The translations under genes and the position numbers were made by a program. A stretch of 64,000 nucleotides of DNA from Lineus longissimus. Taxonomy: Eukaryota. Below, piece by piece: positions 36,683-51,516 of the stretch; within the stretch, counting starts at the first letter, position 1; every line of letters begins with the position of its first letter. The notes below the pieces were generated by a model. That model saw nothing but the letters and a program-made list of their open reading frames with translations. It had not been told where the DNA came from and did no database searches. Location of the stretch: contig NC_088308.1 in assembly GCF_910592395.1 (NCBI RefSeq), positions 868,001-932,000 on the forward strand. The letters are read 5' to 3'.

Positions 36683-39600
36683 CTACATTTCTTCATTTTC
36701 TTTGTATCTATTCATTCATGTACATATAGTATTTTTATTTTAAAATTGTGATAATTATTGTCATTATAAGGTAAATACGTCCAAATGTTTAATTCCAGCC
36801 CTCATGATATTTCTCTTCAAGTAAATTCCCCCAATGATATATGAGCATCACTGTGCTGGAAGCAATCCATTTATGACACTGTCATGTATGCTTCCGTGAG
36901 ATGTCATGTCCCCCTTTACAGCTGATGTTATGATCGTAGAGTAAACAATGACGAGCATGACATGTTGGGTCTACATCAAGCATCATGTCGCTAGGTTAGC
37001 CGTCATAGGGTGATATTTTGTAGATAACATGAACATCCTATGTCTTAGAGCGTGTGCAGTAATTTGCAGTCTGGGGCTGGGTGACATTAACTGCTTCATA
37101 TGGTAGCAGATGAAAGGTACTCTCAGCTGACAGTTTTACTTCTTTTAAATCTATGATACAACGAATCTAGAATAATCTACTCTTCAATACGTCAGACGCT
37201 TATGTAACAATCAACCAAGTAAATATTGGCGGCCAATCACTTCAGTCCTTTCAGTACATTTCATTTGACGAATCCTAGGTAGATAATCCAGAGAGTTATG
37301 AAGTTTTGTGTGTATGTGCATGTACATTCTTTGTTAAGATCTGAACTAAGAATCTGACAAGGATCATATAACGAATGTACATGCGCATGTACACGAAACT
37401 GGATGAGACTTAACTAATACATGTAGTCTTAAGAACGTTATTTGGCTCTTCGACCTGGCATGAAAATCATGCTACCTTGGTCCTTAGTTTGGGAAGCATT
37501 CTTCAGACATGCTATGTTTTGCTTTCTGTTAAATGCCCGATGCTGTCAATTATCGAACTCGCCCAAAACATCATACCACCTTAACACCCACGAGCTAGAC
37601 CGAAGGATGCCTCTGCTAAAGAAATAATAACCCAAATCCAAATTAGCCGTGCGCACCGTGGTTGTTGGCATCCAACAAGCAGCGCACATGCAATCATAGC
37701 TGGCGAGCTGTGTGAGATTCACTCGGTAAAGAGACATCGTCAGGTAAACTAAGAGTACCACTCAGTTTTTCATCTCTATGTCTAGCTGCCATTTATTTCG
37801 ACAAAGTCCCAGTCATATCAACATCGTCTATGTCTTTACTGTTATGATACGTACATTGTACATATCCTCTTTCCGATTTCGATTGAATGATATACTGAAG
37901 AATGGTTTGCAGTGACATGTTCTTCAATCAGCATTAACCTTCGTCGTAACCTTGATGTACGATATGACTTTATTTCGTGACTATAGCATCACTTCAAGGT
38001 CGTATCACGATCAGTGCCATTAATACTGCTTTATATCGATATTAACTCGTATAACAAATGGTGCAACATCTTCCCATGCGCTAACCCTAATCTAAAGCTG
38101 AGACTGGCTGAGTCTTTCCACCTCAACGACAGAAGTGCTTTCAAACAAAATGCATCGATAACTCCAACTATCATTTTCCACTCAATTCAAGCAAAGAACG
38201 CTTCCAAAGAACCTCGCATCTTTACATCATGTCGCCACAGCGAACAGAGGTCCTTCGTCTTGTCATGTTTTAACTGAACACGCAAAGAAATCATCTATTG
38301 ACATTTTTCAAATGACGGATGTAACGTCTTTTATTGCGAGTTTTGTGTACTCTCTTCGTTGTAAATGTTGCCATTGGGAGCGACTCCGCTTCAGACGATT
38401 AAGCTTGCGTTCTGTGCAGTATTTGCCAATCATTTTACATGTTTAACTACTCGATTTGTATTCATTCTGTTAATGCGGGCGAAGAGATTCCCAGTGTGGA
38501 TATCCGCACTCATTACTAAGGCAGCTCGATATGCAATGCCGAAAATGACAACCTTTGTTCGATTTCTTGTAGAATTGTCTTCAATCATCTTTTAGATGCA
38601 AATCACTATCACTATAGCTTATACTTTTTGGTGCATTTGACTTCAATCAGTTCGACTGACAGCTTCGTTTACATAAGGAATTGAACGCTCAGAGCTATTT
38701 TCTTGAATTAATGCAAACTCCACTGGATACAGAAAAAAAGACACAACTATGTTTTTATCTGATAATGATGAAATAAAATCCATCGACCCACAAGGCTAAA
38801 CTGGTTTCTGTCTTGAAAAACACTGACCAACTCACATGCATAAAATAAAAATGGTTTTAACTACCTGGAATGCAGCTCCTTGTCAATGAATTCATTATTA
38901 TTCATGAAATGTGGTTTCCTGAGATAAAACTGTGATGAGCTGGGAGCCTCTGGATGAACATGCAGTGTTGTCTAATGCAAGCGCAAAGAGGACAAACCGA
39001 GCAACTAATATTTACTGTGTTCTGCAGTAATTGATTTTTCGAGGGGAATCGTGACGTGTTTTTAATACACAAATATGGTATGAGCGATTTACACCGGATT
39101 CGAAGCGACTAATTGCTTCTCATATATCATTGGTTGAACACCATCTTAAACTTTCATCTCAGTCTGTTTGTTTTGACTACTTTACCAAATGCCTTTCTCA
39201 GGAAAGCAACTTTGCAGTCATCCTATTAAATATCCTGAGTATCGATGCTCCGATGTTGTACACAAACCTCGCCTCCCTTATAGCCGAGATTGCATTAAAT
39301 CGACCACTTATGATACATTATTCGTTTGTTGAAGCCGTCATATCGACCCAAAGGTTAAGTCGCGTTCAAATTTTTATTGATTTGTGTTCTATATGCTTAT
39401 CATTCACAGGTTAAGTGATTACCCAAGTGATAATTTCTGTTGTGTCTGAGAGGTTCTGACGCTTAATGTCTGCATCAAACATGGCATCAAAAACGTGCAA
39501 TCAAACCATCTTTCGGAGTCTTTTCAACAAGTAAATCGAAAGTGTGGCTGCCAGTGTATGATATGGCCCACCTGTAGTCAGTGAATTTGATTCGGATCAC

Positions 39601-39987
39601 TTCACAAATGATATAATAAATCTAATACCCCGGCTTTTATCCGCTATTCTGATTTGTTATCGACCTCATTGATTACCCGAGATACTACTTGTCTCCAAGA
39701 TGGAGAGCGGAACTGCGTCAATTCCGGGATTGAGAACGCGAAACGGTCCTCTACCGATCACGTAACATCAAAAACCCGGTCTAGCTCCCGCCATTTGTGT
39801 GATATTGACCCGATTGATTTTCCAATAATCCACCACCTAAACCATGAAATGTGTGTTTCAATCATGGATGGCATCGATTTCTGGCATGATAGGTCACACC
39901 TGTTTGGTATGGAGGTGCGGCACGTTTTAACATTGCGTCCTTGAACACATTTTAAAGCAAATGTTTTAGGTATGGTGAAACTTCATT

Positions 39988-40450
39988 ACCTATCGCCTTG
40001 GCGAACGTGACCTATCGCCTTGGCGAACGTGACCTATCGCCTTGGCCAACGTGACCTATCGCCTTGGCCAACGTGACCTATCGCCTTGGCCAACGTGACC
40101 TTTCGCCTTGGCCAACTTGGCCTATCGCCTTGGCCAACGTGACATATCGCCTTGGCCAACGTGACCTATCGCCTTGGCCAACGTGACCTATCGCCTTGGC
40201 CAACGTGACCTATCGCCTTGGCCAACGTGACCTATCGCCTTGGCCAACGTGACCTATCGCCTTGGCCAACGTGACCTATCGCCTTGGCCAACGTGACCTA
40301 TCGCCTTGGCCAACGTGACCTATCGCCTTGGCCAACGTAACCTATCGCCTTGGCCAACGTAACCTATCGCCTTGGCCAACGTAACCTATCGCCTTGGCCA
40401 ACGTGACATATCGCCTTGGCCAACGTGACCTATCGCCTTGGCCAACTTGG
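39988..40450. repeat. 22-bp minisatellite, about 21 copies
   Basis: Unit ACCTATCGCCTTGGCCAACGTG, head to tail with no spacers. Confidence 0.97.
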
Positions 40451-41424
40451 CTATCCAGGTTAGTCACCTCGTCAAATTGATTGATCAACATTCCAGCAGG
40501 TTGCATTATCATTCAGGACAAGTGGTCATTGTGCACAAAGGTGAAAAGCATGGACAGCTGGTCACTGCCATTGAGACAATATGTCAGAGGTGAAGTCGTA
40601 GTCAAGTTTCGTAGGCGTTCGCAATGAAACGATTACGATTACAACGTTAGACCACAAGGTGTATACCAATTGTCAAAGTTTATACATTCACTATAAAAAT
40701 TGTGCATTGGGTTGGTAGAGCTGATGAGTGATGATTATTCTTTTTTCATCTTCTGTGGTTATTGACACAGCTGAATTCAATTCAGTGTAAAAAATGTGTC
40801 ATGTGCTTGTATGATAAACATTCATATAAACGATCCACTCCAGTCCACTCCCAGATAGCTTTCTGTTACTGCAAATGCTTACCAAGCAAAGAAATGTTCA
40901 ATCATAGTAGTTTGCCATGATACCATTGAGCCCTCGGGATTGACAAAACTCTGACAGATACCCTAAGAAATGTTCAATCAGTACCATAAAGTGTTCGCGG
41001 AAACCACCTGGCCCCAGGAGACTTCAATGCTTGTTCCCTAACCTAGTCAAAGATTGATCAACAAATGACAATTGCTTTGCCCTCTCTTTATTAGCCTTGG
41101 ATCTGTATCATACTGTCCGGATCCATCCTGGCCGCCGGCAGGAAATTATTCCCGGCGCCCAGCCGATAGTGTCAAGAAGAAGAGCCGCGCAGTATTGTCG
41201 AACAATACACTGGTAAGCGCTGCAGCTGGCCTTACAGAGTAACACGATACAAACGAACACTCAGACCCTTGTCCATTTAATTGAAAAACAAACATTTTCA
41301 TTTTGCTGCAAGAGACGTTCATCAGTTCTAGGCCTAGTTGCATTCCCAGTTACCCGCACTCCTAGTAAGACGACTGGCAATTTATAAGGGCCGTTGTGGC
41401 TGTGATAAGGAGCAGTTAGGATTA

Positions 41425-41453
41425 ATGACAGACAAGACTGAAGGTCTTAACAG
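41425..41453 (+). CDS. Candidate alternative first coding exon (MTDKTEGLN-R/S, phase 2)
   Basis: TATAAG at 41383 is 31 nt before the A of an initiator-like GCAGTT; consensus donor CAG|GTAAGA. Confidence 0.4.
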
Positions 41454-44400
41454 GTAAGATATTATCCGTCATTTGAAAGCCTGCGTATCGCGACAAATGT
41501 TCAAGTTACAATTCGGCTCTTGCACGATTTTGGCACTGCAGGCGAAACGTAAGTGTGTTACCGACACTTTACAGTCAAAACCCATACCTGTGGTATACAT
41601 GTACATCTTGTAACAGATACAGCTATATCAACTGAAATCACAGACCTTTGGAGAGTTTCAGCAATCGTGAACTAGCTCATTCTGGCAACAACTCCCATCC
41701 CTGCCTGACCGGTATGGAGAACGGTTACATGTACTGTATCAGCCCATGAAAGAGACAAAACCAAGTGGGGTAACACAAGCGTTATTGCTTCTACGAAGCC
41801 CAGGTATCGGAATACTGATTCACTGGTAAGGACTAGAGGTCACACAAGGGCGTTGAAATTACGTCTGATAACAAAAGTATCACGCGAGCCTGTTATTCTA
41901 GAAAATATGTGCAGGAATCGAAACCAGATATGTGAGGATATTTCATTCATTTCATGTTATTTTAGAGATAGTCCACTGTGGCCACCATTTCACTATAATT
42001 TACAGTTATAAGAAGTTATGAGAAATATTCGGTGTGCTTGAGCATGTAGAGTGATGCACGACATTCTGTTATATCCGCTGTGTCTCAGTGCGCGAAGTGC
42101 AATGCGATACTACGGTTGTACATCACAGCTTAACCAAAAAGAAAAACATTCTAGAGTAACATTACATTTTTGATTAGAATATCCTATAGAATATAATACA
42201 TGTACCTCGAAAGAGGACGAACAGCTCGCTTCCATTATTTTCCCATTAATTCCATATCCACTAATTACAGAAGCGTTCTTGATGTGTAATCTTGTTAAAA
42301 TTAAGAATTCAAGGTGGTCTAATTGGTTAGCTATGTAAACATTTAATCTTCATTTGTGGGAATTTGATCAAGTTTGCTACATATATCAGGACACAAGAGC
42401 TTTTGCTGACATTTCGTGTAGAAATATGTTTTAGCCATTCAGGAAAAAACGCGATCATTGTTAGTGTTACTTTGTCACGCTTTATCACATAAAAATATGA
42501 TTGTTCATTAAAACTCACACAAAAACGTGATTGCGGAATCGGCTACCAAACGAATAGTTCGAGAATAAGGTTTTACAAATTGTCCTGATTTGTCAATTCA
42601 TAAACGGTCTAAATTATTTCCTGCAATCTGTCCGTATCCGTTCGTCGTTGAACTCTCCGCTGAATACATCCTGAAAGTGACAGGAGTGTTCAGTACATAA
42701 ATTCGACAGTAACGTCTCAAGCCACGCATAAATAAAACACTTGAAGCAAAATATTCATAAACTTATTCTCAGTAGTCCATTCTACAATTGCCTCGCCTCA
42801 AACAACCACAAATCCTTGCATGCCAAATAGAGATCCACTCCGTCCATTCTAATGCAAATACGTGGCTAAGGAAATCGAATCGACCATATGCCGAAAGCAG
42901 TGTTTCTTTATTGTTATTCCGACATGGTCTTGACAATTTGGCCAACAGAGAGTGGAACTGGCTAATTTACCCTAGCTTCAATTAGATACGATATTGTCAA
43001 GATATTTCCCTTTTCCGATACACGCCCTGAAGTTAGAATCGGGTGATACTCGTTTCCGAAAGTGCTGGATTTGCCAGACCTTTCCGAAGCTTCTCTTCAG
43101 CACCATACAAGGTTATTTGCCCATCAAATCCGAAAGAATTAAAAAAATATTTTTATTAAGACACTGGCGACAAAAGATACAATCAACCATGAGCTTTTGC
43201 TCCTTCTGAACTCAACTCGCATTTTAATAAACATCTTATAACCGTTGAAAACGGCGAAGGCGGTCGCAATGCAACTAGGGAAATATTACAGGAATAATGA
43301 TCGCTGTAATATCCACAAATTTGATGATTACTATCTTTCCATCTCTCATCAACTGCTCTAGCACTCCAAAGCTCGGAAATCAATGGCTTTTACCTTCGAT
43401 TTCCCGCCTACTTACCGCTGCCAATAACTAGAGGAAGTGGTTGACTTGCCTTCAGCGTGACACTTCATCTCCCGCTGACGACTGCAATCACCTCCCGCGA
43501 CAGTACCATTCTGCCAGAGCCCCACTCGATGTCACTCGCCATTATGTCTTCACTCGAAAGACGAAAGTATAGAGCGATATAACACAATGGCAAATACATT
43601 CAACGTCAATATTTCGGGGAAATACTTATTTGCTTCTTGAGGATGGCAATTCGTAGAGTAGATATTGGCGTGTTGACAAAAACATCGACTGAAGGCTATA
43701 GCAAGGCAGAATAACTTTAAGGTCATTCTATAGTTACCCCCAGCTGTTTTATCATTCTGCTGGAGAGCTTCACTCGATGCTTCTGTCATTTATGTCAAAC
43801 GATGAAACTAAAAAGTGGTTTCAGCAACGAGGAAAATAACGAGCAGAATAGTACAAGAGAAGAGCTCGGCCTCTTTGTTGGCCTATTTGAAAACATTGAG
43901 TAGAGCTGCTTGATTATAGAGTACTCTTTATAGTTTCGCCGATTTAAAGACGGTTTCTGTATAATCAAAAAACACACGTTAGGCATATGATCGTTTGATG
44001 CCGTTCAACGTGATCAGTGATTATACAGAGGGTGCAGTGTTTGGAATCACTAGCTTCGAGAGCTCAGCACAGAGAAAACAACGTTTTGGTTATGTACATA
44101 CATATCTGCTTTATTCTGTCAACAACACAGCCCGATTGGGGGTACACAATGATAATTACATACAAGCATATGGCGGACAAAGAAAATGAAACCAGAGGGC
44201 GCGTTCCAAGTATGCCAGCAACACGAATTCGTCCATTCTCATCCTGTGACAACAAGATACGAACGATACTGGGGCAGAAACCAACTGGTTTACTTATCCG
44301 GCCGCAAGAACCCAGGTTCAAATCCTGCTCACAGCCCAAATCTGGAATCCCCAGCTTCGTGAAGGCAGAGCATACACAAAACACACCTGAACGTTGGCTC

Positions 44401-47273
44401 TACATACACGTCTGGTTCATTCAGACAACGACACTGCCCAATTGGACACACGCAATAGTAATAACACACACGCCTGTCGGGGCGGGACTCGACTCAATTG
44501 AAATACGGCACACAATTGAAGCCTACACAATGCGTGAATACAATAGAACGCTGCGGGCGTAGCGTCATGTGCCGCTTCGTTCTTTGTGTTGATGAGTTAT
44601 AAACAATGACGCGATCTTCGATTGGTCAAACCGTGAACACTGTAGATTTTTGTGTGGCGATGTTAAAAGAGCACACAAGCTTCTGAAGCGTTTTATTTCC
44701 TAATCTTGGTATGACTATGAAATGAATTTCTGGCGAAAACGAGTAGGTTTATTGACGGAAAGAGCCTTCTCCCCTGGGTGTTGAAACCCCCAAGTGCCAC
44801 GCATAATTTACGAAGTGAAGTGTCAAAGTCATTTGCATCGACTCAAAGCTTTGAAGCCACATTACATTCATTAGAATGCAAATCAAACTAAACGACAAAT
44901 TATGGCATATTTGTGAAAGCACGCTCTTCATTCCCCACTAGGTTAATGTCTTAGCAGCACGGTTCTTTTGAATTGAGCATCCGGCACACAGGTATGCCAG
45001 GATGGTCTTCGAGCTGTGTCAGCATGAACAAGAAGCAGAGAGGATTGGTAATATAATAGGGAAGACAGAGATGATGACACTCGCGTAATAAGATAGTCAA
45101 GTCAAAGTAAAAGTTTCCCAAATGTCATCACAATTCAGTTAATTGGATCCATTTTATCTCAGATGACATTATGAGTCGTTTTTGCAGAAGCACAAATTTT
45201 CGATTTCCGTCGCTCTATGCAAAGGAACTTGAAGTGAACGGCCAGTCAATACCCATTGAACTCATGGATTAAGTCATTTTACGGCAACCTCAGCTCTATA
45301 ATGTGCTATTGTGGAGTGCTTTCAGCGATGAAACAGCATTGGATTTAGAGATTTAGAAGTCACATCCCCATTATCATCATACTAGTGAAATGATGATACA
45401 TTCTGTACCCATGGGATCAATCATGTTTTTACCCTCGGACTTGCTGTTTATGAGAAAAACGAGATGATGACAGACCGAGTGTTGATCTTTCTGTCTACAT
45501 GTGCAGAACCTTGACAGCCACTCTGAATGGCCAGGACCATGATTATCCTATTTAATAATCATCATTCAATAGGCTAAAACGATAATTCGGACAACCTCAT
45601 TCGTGTCCATGCTCTCCCTTCGGAACGTCGGGTACTCATTAACTGATGTTGTTTTTCCGAATGTTTCAAGTTAAATTTATATATAAAGTGAGCGGTTTCT
45701 TCATCAAGTAGTGTCAAAGCCTTCTATTACTTTAATAGTAATTGGATTTGTACTTCATTACACCTCAAGGTTGACGATCAAATGATTCGGACATTTCGCC
45801 AAGAGCTCTTCCAAGACAACCACCCAGTGGTGATGACTTCTGATAGAGTGAGGGGAGTTGGACGATACTGTTGTTGCTAAATTGGAACGCTTTTTACTAT
45901 CAATTTGCTAGATCAGTTTCAATAATGATGTACGGATGATGTTAGTAAATTTATGGCTACTGCTACACGTAGCGGCACTAAAATTTCCTTCATCTTCTTT
46001 GCGCTCTTTGATACAAAATTTTATAACTTTTGCTCTTTTGAAAGCAACTTAACATGAAATTGTCGAAAGCACCATCTGAGCCATTGGCAGTTAAGAGTTG
46101 CACAAAATGCCATTTTATTCTAAATTCACAGATGGGCAAAGAATTAGATTTGTCTCGAAGCTTTTAAGTTCGTGTTTGCTGTTATATGAGGAAAGTGGAT
46201 GCATAATTGTGCTGTGCATCATCCTTTATCATGCTATATTGGCGATTTTCGGTGTAAATACATCATATCCTTCCCACCAGGTCCCTAAAAAATTGAAACA
46301 TGGCCATTACCCGAATCATTGGCTATTGCCGATATCCCGCTGACCCCGGCCATAAGCCTAGAGTCACATGAATCATGCTTGTCAACTCTATTTACAATCA
46401 GATCACGCGAGAAAGCTTTAGCGCCATCTTGACATTTTCATAATATTTGGCAAAACCCTTAAGATTTATGATATTTTGCGATATCATTATATCTCAATAT
46501 GTTTTACTGAACTAGTGGACGGCAATGGACACGTTGCAAGTACCATCAAGATCGCTTGTGATATTTCCGGGATGGGTATCCTACAGATGAAAATTCAACA
46601 CGTTCAAGGTCAAAGCTTTACTTTGTCTGATTAATGGTATTACTATTGATATTGGTATTGCCGAAGTGAAGGCCGCTCGTGGTGCGTTATCACTCACATA
46701 TGCGGATATAGTCTGCAGTGTCATTACTGTTGTGACTGTCCATTCAAGGCCTCTTGCTACAGTAATAATTGGGGTGAAAGACGGGTTGGACCTCTGAGGA
46801 TATTGTCCGAAATTAGGAGAAATCACCAGTTATCGCTGTATGGTAATCTAAGGCATGGCCTTTTGCCGCAGGAATACCTGTACCTGTCGTGAAAGAGAAA
46901 CCTTGTCATCACTGTTACGAATTATGATAGCGTTATTCCAAAAAAAACTCATAAATAATTATTCCTTTTAATAAGATGATCAATACAATTAAGACGATAC
47001 ACAAGCTTCGTAATTATTGAACTGTTAAGAATTAGAATAGCATCATTCACTTTAAGTCAATTCAAGGCGTTTTCATCTTAAATAATCATTCCCTTAAATT
47101 GCCCATCAAAGTCTTCATTAAGCGTCTTACTGATGAAACATTGTGATTATGCATCGCGTTCTTGGCGGGGGTCTGTTTGGTTAGAGAGATAGTCATGAAC
47201 GTACCTTAATCGATTTTACGACAGTACTAAGTAACTTTACTCTTCGCAGTTTTGACGAGGACAATAAATTAGG

Positions 47274-48010
47274 TCACATATTGGTGTTAATGTGGAAGAG
47301 CGCTTTTCCGATAGGAGATAACGTTGGGGCGATCTTGATAGAAGATGTTAGAACCCGTTCGTTAGGAAATGACTTTTGAAATGAAACACCTTGAGGACCT
47401 CTTTGTACTCGTCGAACACTTTGACATTTCGACACCCACGAATTGGGAAAAGGTACCTCACTGATGACATAAAGAGTATGAAGCCATGAAAAGCGTTCCG
47501 TGTCGCCGGGGATCACGACTTGACAACCTGATGATTGGGGTAATATAATTAGCCTAGCTTTGCCGGAGGCGTTTGGTTGCACACCTTGGCTGATGAAGCT
47601 GGTATTGGTATTACATTATCTGATGCAGAAGCACGCCATCGACCGTCATATGAAATCCTAGTATTAGTCTGATATCTGTTCATTCGATAGAAATAAACAA
47701 CAGTAGAGGATAGCTTGACAAAGATGAAACGATAACTTTTATTTCTAAGAGTTGGCTACTTATCCCTTTAATACTCAACTCGGCGTATTCCTGTAAGAGC
47801 AGAATCAGGATGAATTTCTCATCTACTATAATTATGACCCGGTGTACCTTATCTCTCTTACATTGCCCTTTGGCTCTTTCAGTTTTGAGTGACGTCTTGT
47901 CTGCGGCATCTAAGATCAGAATGAGGAGGAAAGTACCGTCATCAATATGGCAGTTCACCGTTTTAAGCTGTCGCCGCTCGGATATATAGATAAAAAGGGT
48001 CATACTGGTA
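47274..48010 (-). mobile_element. Decayed L2/CR1-like LINE ORF2 3' region
   Basis: TLFIY...HIDD resembles LF..Y...YADD. It is followed by NASGKARLI...FSWLH...VSKC...ERVLTSS...GKALF, resembling the L2 C-terminal N.AARLI...LHWLP...R.LRS...G.R.F. Confidence 0.4.
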
Positions 48011-51000
48011 TTTGATATTCTTGTCAGATCTTATAAGATCAACCGCAACCATTTCTATATTTCCAGAAGGTTTCGATGATTAAACTCTGATGGTTTCTAA
48101 TCGCTTTGCCAAAATCAAAGGTGAAATGTTCTAGTCGCACAAGGGTGTGTCTGCCGTGGCTAGTGCTGTGGGGTCCGATGTATTGCAGACACTTTCAAGA
48201 ACTTTATGATGTTTTGTTTTGTACACGATTCCTTACCGTCCACCACTCATAGTTTAACGATTTTGGACAAATACCAGTTTGAGAAGCACACCTCTTACCC
48301 ACTAGCCCGCCTTTGATGATCCAGAAAATTCATAAACATCAAACTCCTCTCCATTATGAATAAATTGTTACATTTTAAAACCATGTCACTTCTGTCATTA
48401 AGATTAAAGACAAAATGTGGCAACTTAAATTAGGCTGTCAGGAATGGTGAGTGGACCATCCATCACTCTTCTTCACCTTGGCCGTGGGTCAAAATGCGGA
48501 CAGGAGGATTCACTGGCGTATTTCTGATTGTTGATAACCAATTCAAAAAATTATCCTCAGATTTCATCAACCTAATCGAGTTAGTCAAGTTTGAAGATAG
48601 GTGTTGGTGTTGATCTGAACGTTCATTGAGTCATATTGCAAGATTCTGGCACATGCTGTGAATTTAATTATCAAAGTTATTTCAGTGATGCTAGCCAACC
48701 TTCCTTGAGCTTCCTTGTGATACCCGCACACACTGTGAATTCAATTTTTGAAAGTTCGTTTAGTGTCAGCCAACGAAAGACGCAAACATCCTGAAATCCT
48801 TTCATCGCGATCAGTACGCTTGATAACCTGACACTCGATTGCTGAATGAGGATCGTATATGGATAAATCTTTGGTACCAACAATTTAAAGTTTATCATTT
48901 AATGCATCCGGCATGGCGTCTCTGCATTATTGGGTGCAAAAGCGAAGTATATGATATGAATGATAAAGGTCTACAAAAAAATTTTAACTCATACTTTCCA
49001 TACGTTATGCAAGCATGAAATATCACTGCCGCTACCATTCGGCAGTACTTCAATATTGCTTTTAGTCCGAATAGAAGCGAGACAAACTTAGCACCAGATC
49101 CTCACATTTCATCCCTGCCGCATCTTCGGAATAGCAATAGTGGCATTATCCTCGAGATGTGCCAACTAATCAAATAACCTTACTTATTGCCTGAGCTGCA
49201 TATAACATCATCTAGCCGTTTGTAAGCACTTCACTAGAATTACCCGCCAGTGTCTTCAAGTGGTACGATGCAGCGGTATTGAATCGAATTCAAATTAATC
49301 GTACATGAGCATAGTGTGTCGAAAAAATGCGTTTTTCATGTGTTTTTGCTACTTAGCATGTTTGTCGTAATCTTATACTATGTCATGTATAGCGATAATT
49401 GTGACGAGTCAAATAAACTAAGTCGGATGATTCTCATCGCGTACCTGTTGAGCATGCATTTGCAAAATTCAATCAAACATATTCTGTGTTTCTTTGATTT
49501 AAAAACGAATCAAACATGGAATAGTACATGTACTAACAAGCTTCTCAGTCACGACCTGTTTAGTGAAACTCTAGATACCTGGGAAATCTCAATCCACGCT
49601 TGTTACGGCAACCTGCTCATGAACTCTCACGATATACAGAAATATTGGAATTGGAAGGTACTCATGATAAGAGGGCAAACGGGGTGAAACTTGTTTGAAA
49701 CCTCTTGGAACCTTCCTCGATCACCCTGAACCCGGTATGCCAGCTGATAACAACTGATTGATGAAGAGTTCTATCTTGTCAGCTCCGTATCTTAGTTGAA
49801 TAACTACATTAAGATTTTGAGTAGAAGATTCAGGTTTATCTCCTGGCTACGTTGAAACCAATGTATAGAACTTACAATTGTAAGTCAATTGTGATGCTAT
49901 CACTTTCCCCTCTTGGCTATATCTGGTACAGGGCCGGGTATGAAGTGTATTGAATAGGATTATCAAATGAAAATGGATATATCCGGATCGGATTCCGAAG
50001 AGGAACTCCTCGTTAAGTCTGACTCGAGGTAGGTGGTTAAGGCTTAACGATGCTTTTACCAGCATACTTTTATATCACATTAATGTTAGCTCATCAGTCT
50101 ATTTTATCGAATGGAACCGTTAGATCTACTGTGTTTGCCAAAAAACATCATTTAAATGTTTGGTTTATAGAGATCGCGAACAGGTGCAGATTTCGAATTG
50201 CGAAGAACTGTTTTTTTTCTCTTTATCTGATTTATTTTCGTGATTTGACACCAGATTGCGAAGATATCACGGTTTACAACCACTCAAAACTATTGGCTTA
50301 TAATGTATATCTTCCATAACCTCATAAAAATGAATCAGCTCACCACACATTTCCCATTGGGGCATCGCAACTGACATAATAATAATTGTAATAGATATTT
50401 ACAGTAAACATATATCATACACTATTTGTCGCCGTCTGTTGCACTGTTGACAACAAACATTTAGCCTAACACAACACAGCAAAGTCTAATATTGACACGA
50501 AAAAAGGATTCGAAGTAAAACCTCGCCATGACACTGAGTGCACACTGTGAGCTGTGAAGCAACTCATTTCATTACGTAAAGGATTGTACAGCTTTCATTA
50601 CGGTCGTAACACCAGTAACTCCTGATCAAACGTCGTAAACCTGTATCGATCTCACGAATGAGAATCTTCAGAGAATATGAAATTGATATCAATGGCTGAT
50701 ACGACTATATTGACCGCGAATAACTTTACAACTTTGATTGGCCTTAACGATGCTGAATCCATGATGGAAGGTTACTGTGTTGTCCTAGAGGGATACCCAT
50801 GGCTACCCTATTGGAAACTTTGACCATTAGCCACTGCCGTAACGAGCTTGGGGATTTGTCGCCATGTAGATAAGGGCGATTGTATGGACCAGGCGGAGGG
50901 ATGGAATTCAATACAGTGCATGATCTGATATTGATATCTTCTTCAGTTTTTTTGAAATAATAGTAAGTAGCCAATGGCATAGATGTGAAGCTTTCTGATG

Positions 51001-51507
51001 AACTGGCCAGGCCTATGGGGAGTCTTCCTCATTGTTATGATTGTGTATCAACATGTGAACCAATATTTGTAGTCTGCTATGTCCGGATGGTTATTCTGTT
51101 TGATATAGGAGGGCGGGACTTGTTTGTAGAATACATGCGACAAGAACCAAATTGTTATTAGCAATTATTCAAAAACGCTTCGTGCATATTCAAGATACAT
51201 TTGCTTTAATTCAATTACACATCAGAGTAGCCTATGTTGTAGCCCGCTGGACAGTCGTCAATTAAAAGCTACCCTGAAGCCTCTGGAGGGTATAGTGACA
51301 CATTGGAACTCATGGATTCGTTACTGAGGTTGCAAGAGATTTCCGGGCGATCGTGGCAAGGCCATTTTGTACCAACTCTTTGATCCTCTACTGATTATAA
51401 ATAGAGTACACGTCCATCTCTTACCTCAGTCTGATTAAGAACGTTAATAGCTTGTCTCTAGAAATACCCGTCCCGTACTTTGATCTTTCATCGCTTTATG
51501 TTTACAG

Positions 51508-51516
51508 GAATATGAG
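51508..51516 (+). CDS. Candidate 9-nt microexon GAATATGAG
   Basis: Pyrimidine-rich acceptor ...TTTATGTTTACAG and donor GAG|GTAAGG; frame-preserving and open in phase 2. Confidence 0.35.

Noticed and set aside
39988..40450. CRISPR array
   Set aside because: Contiguous 22-bp units with no unique spacers, no cas genes, and a eukaryotic context.
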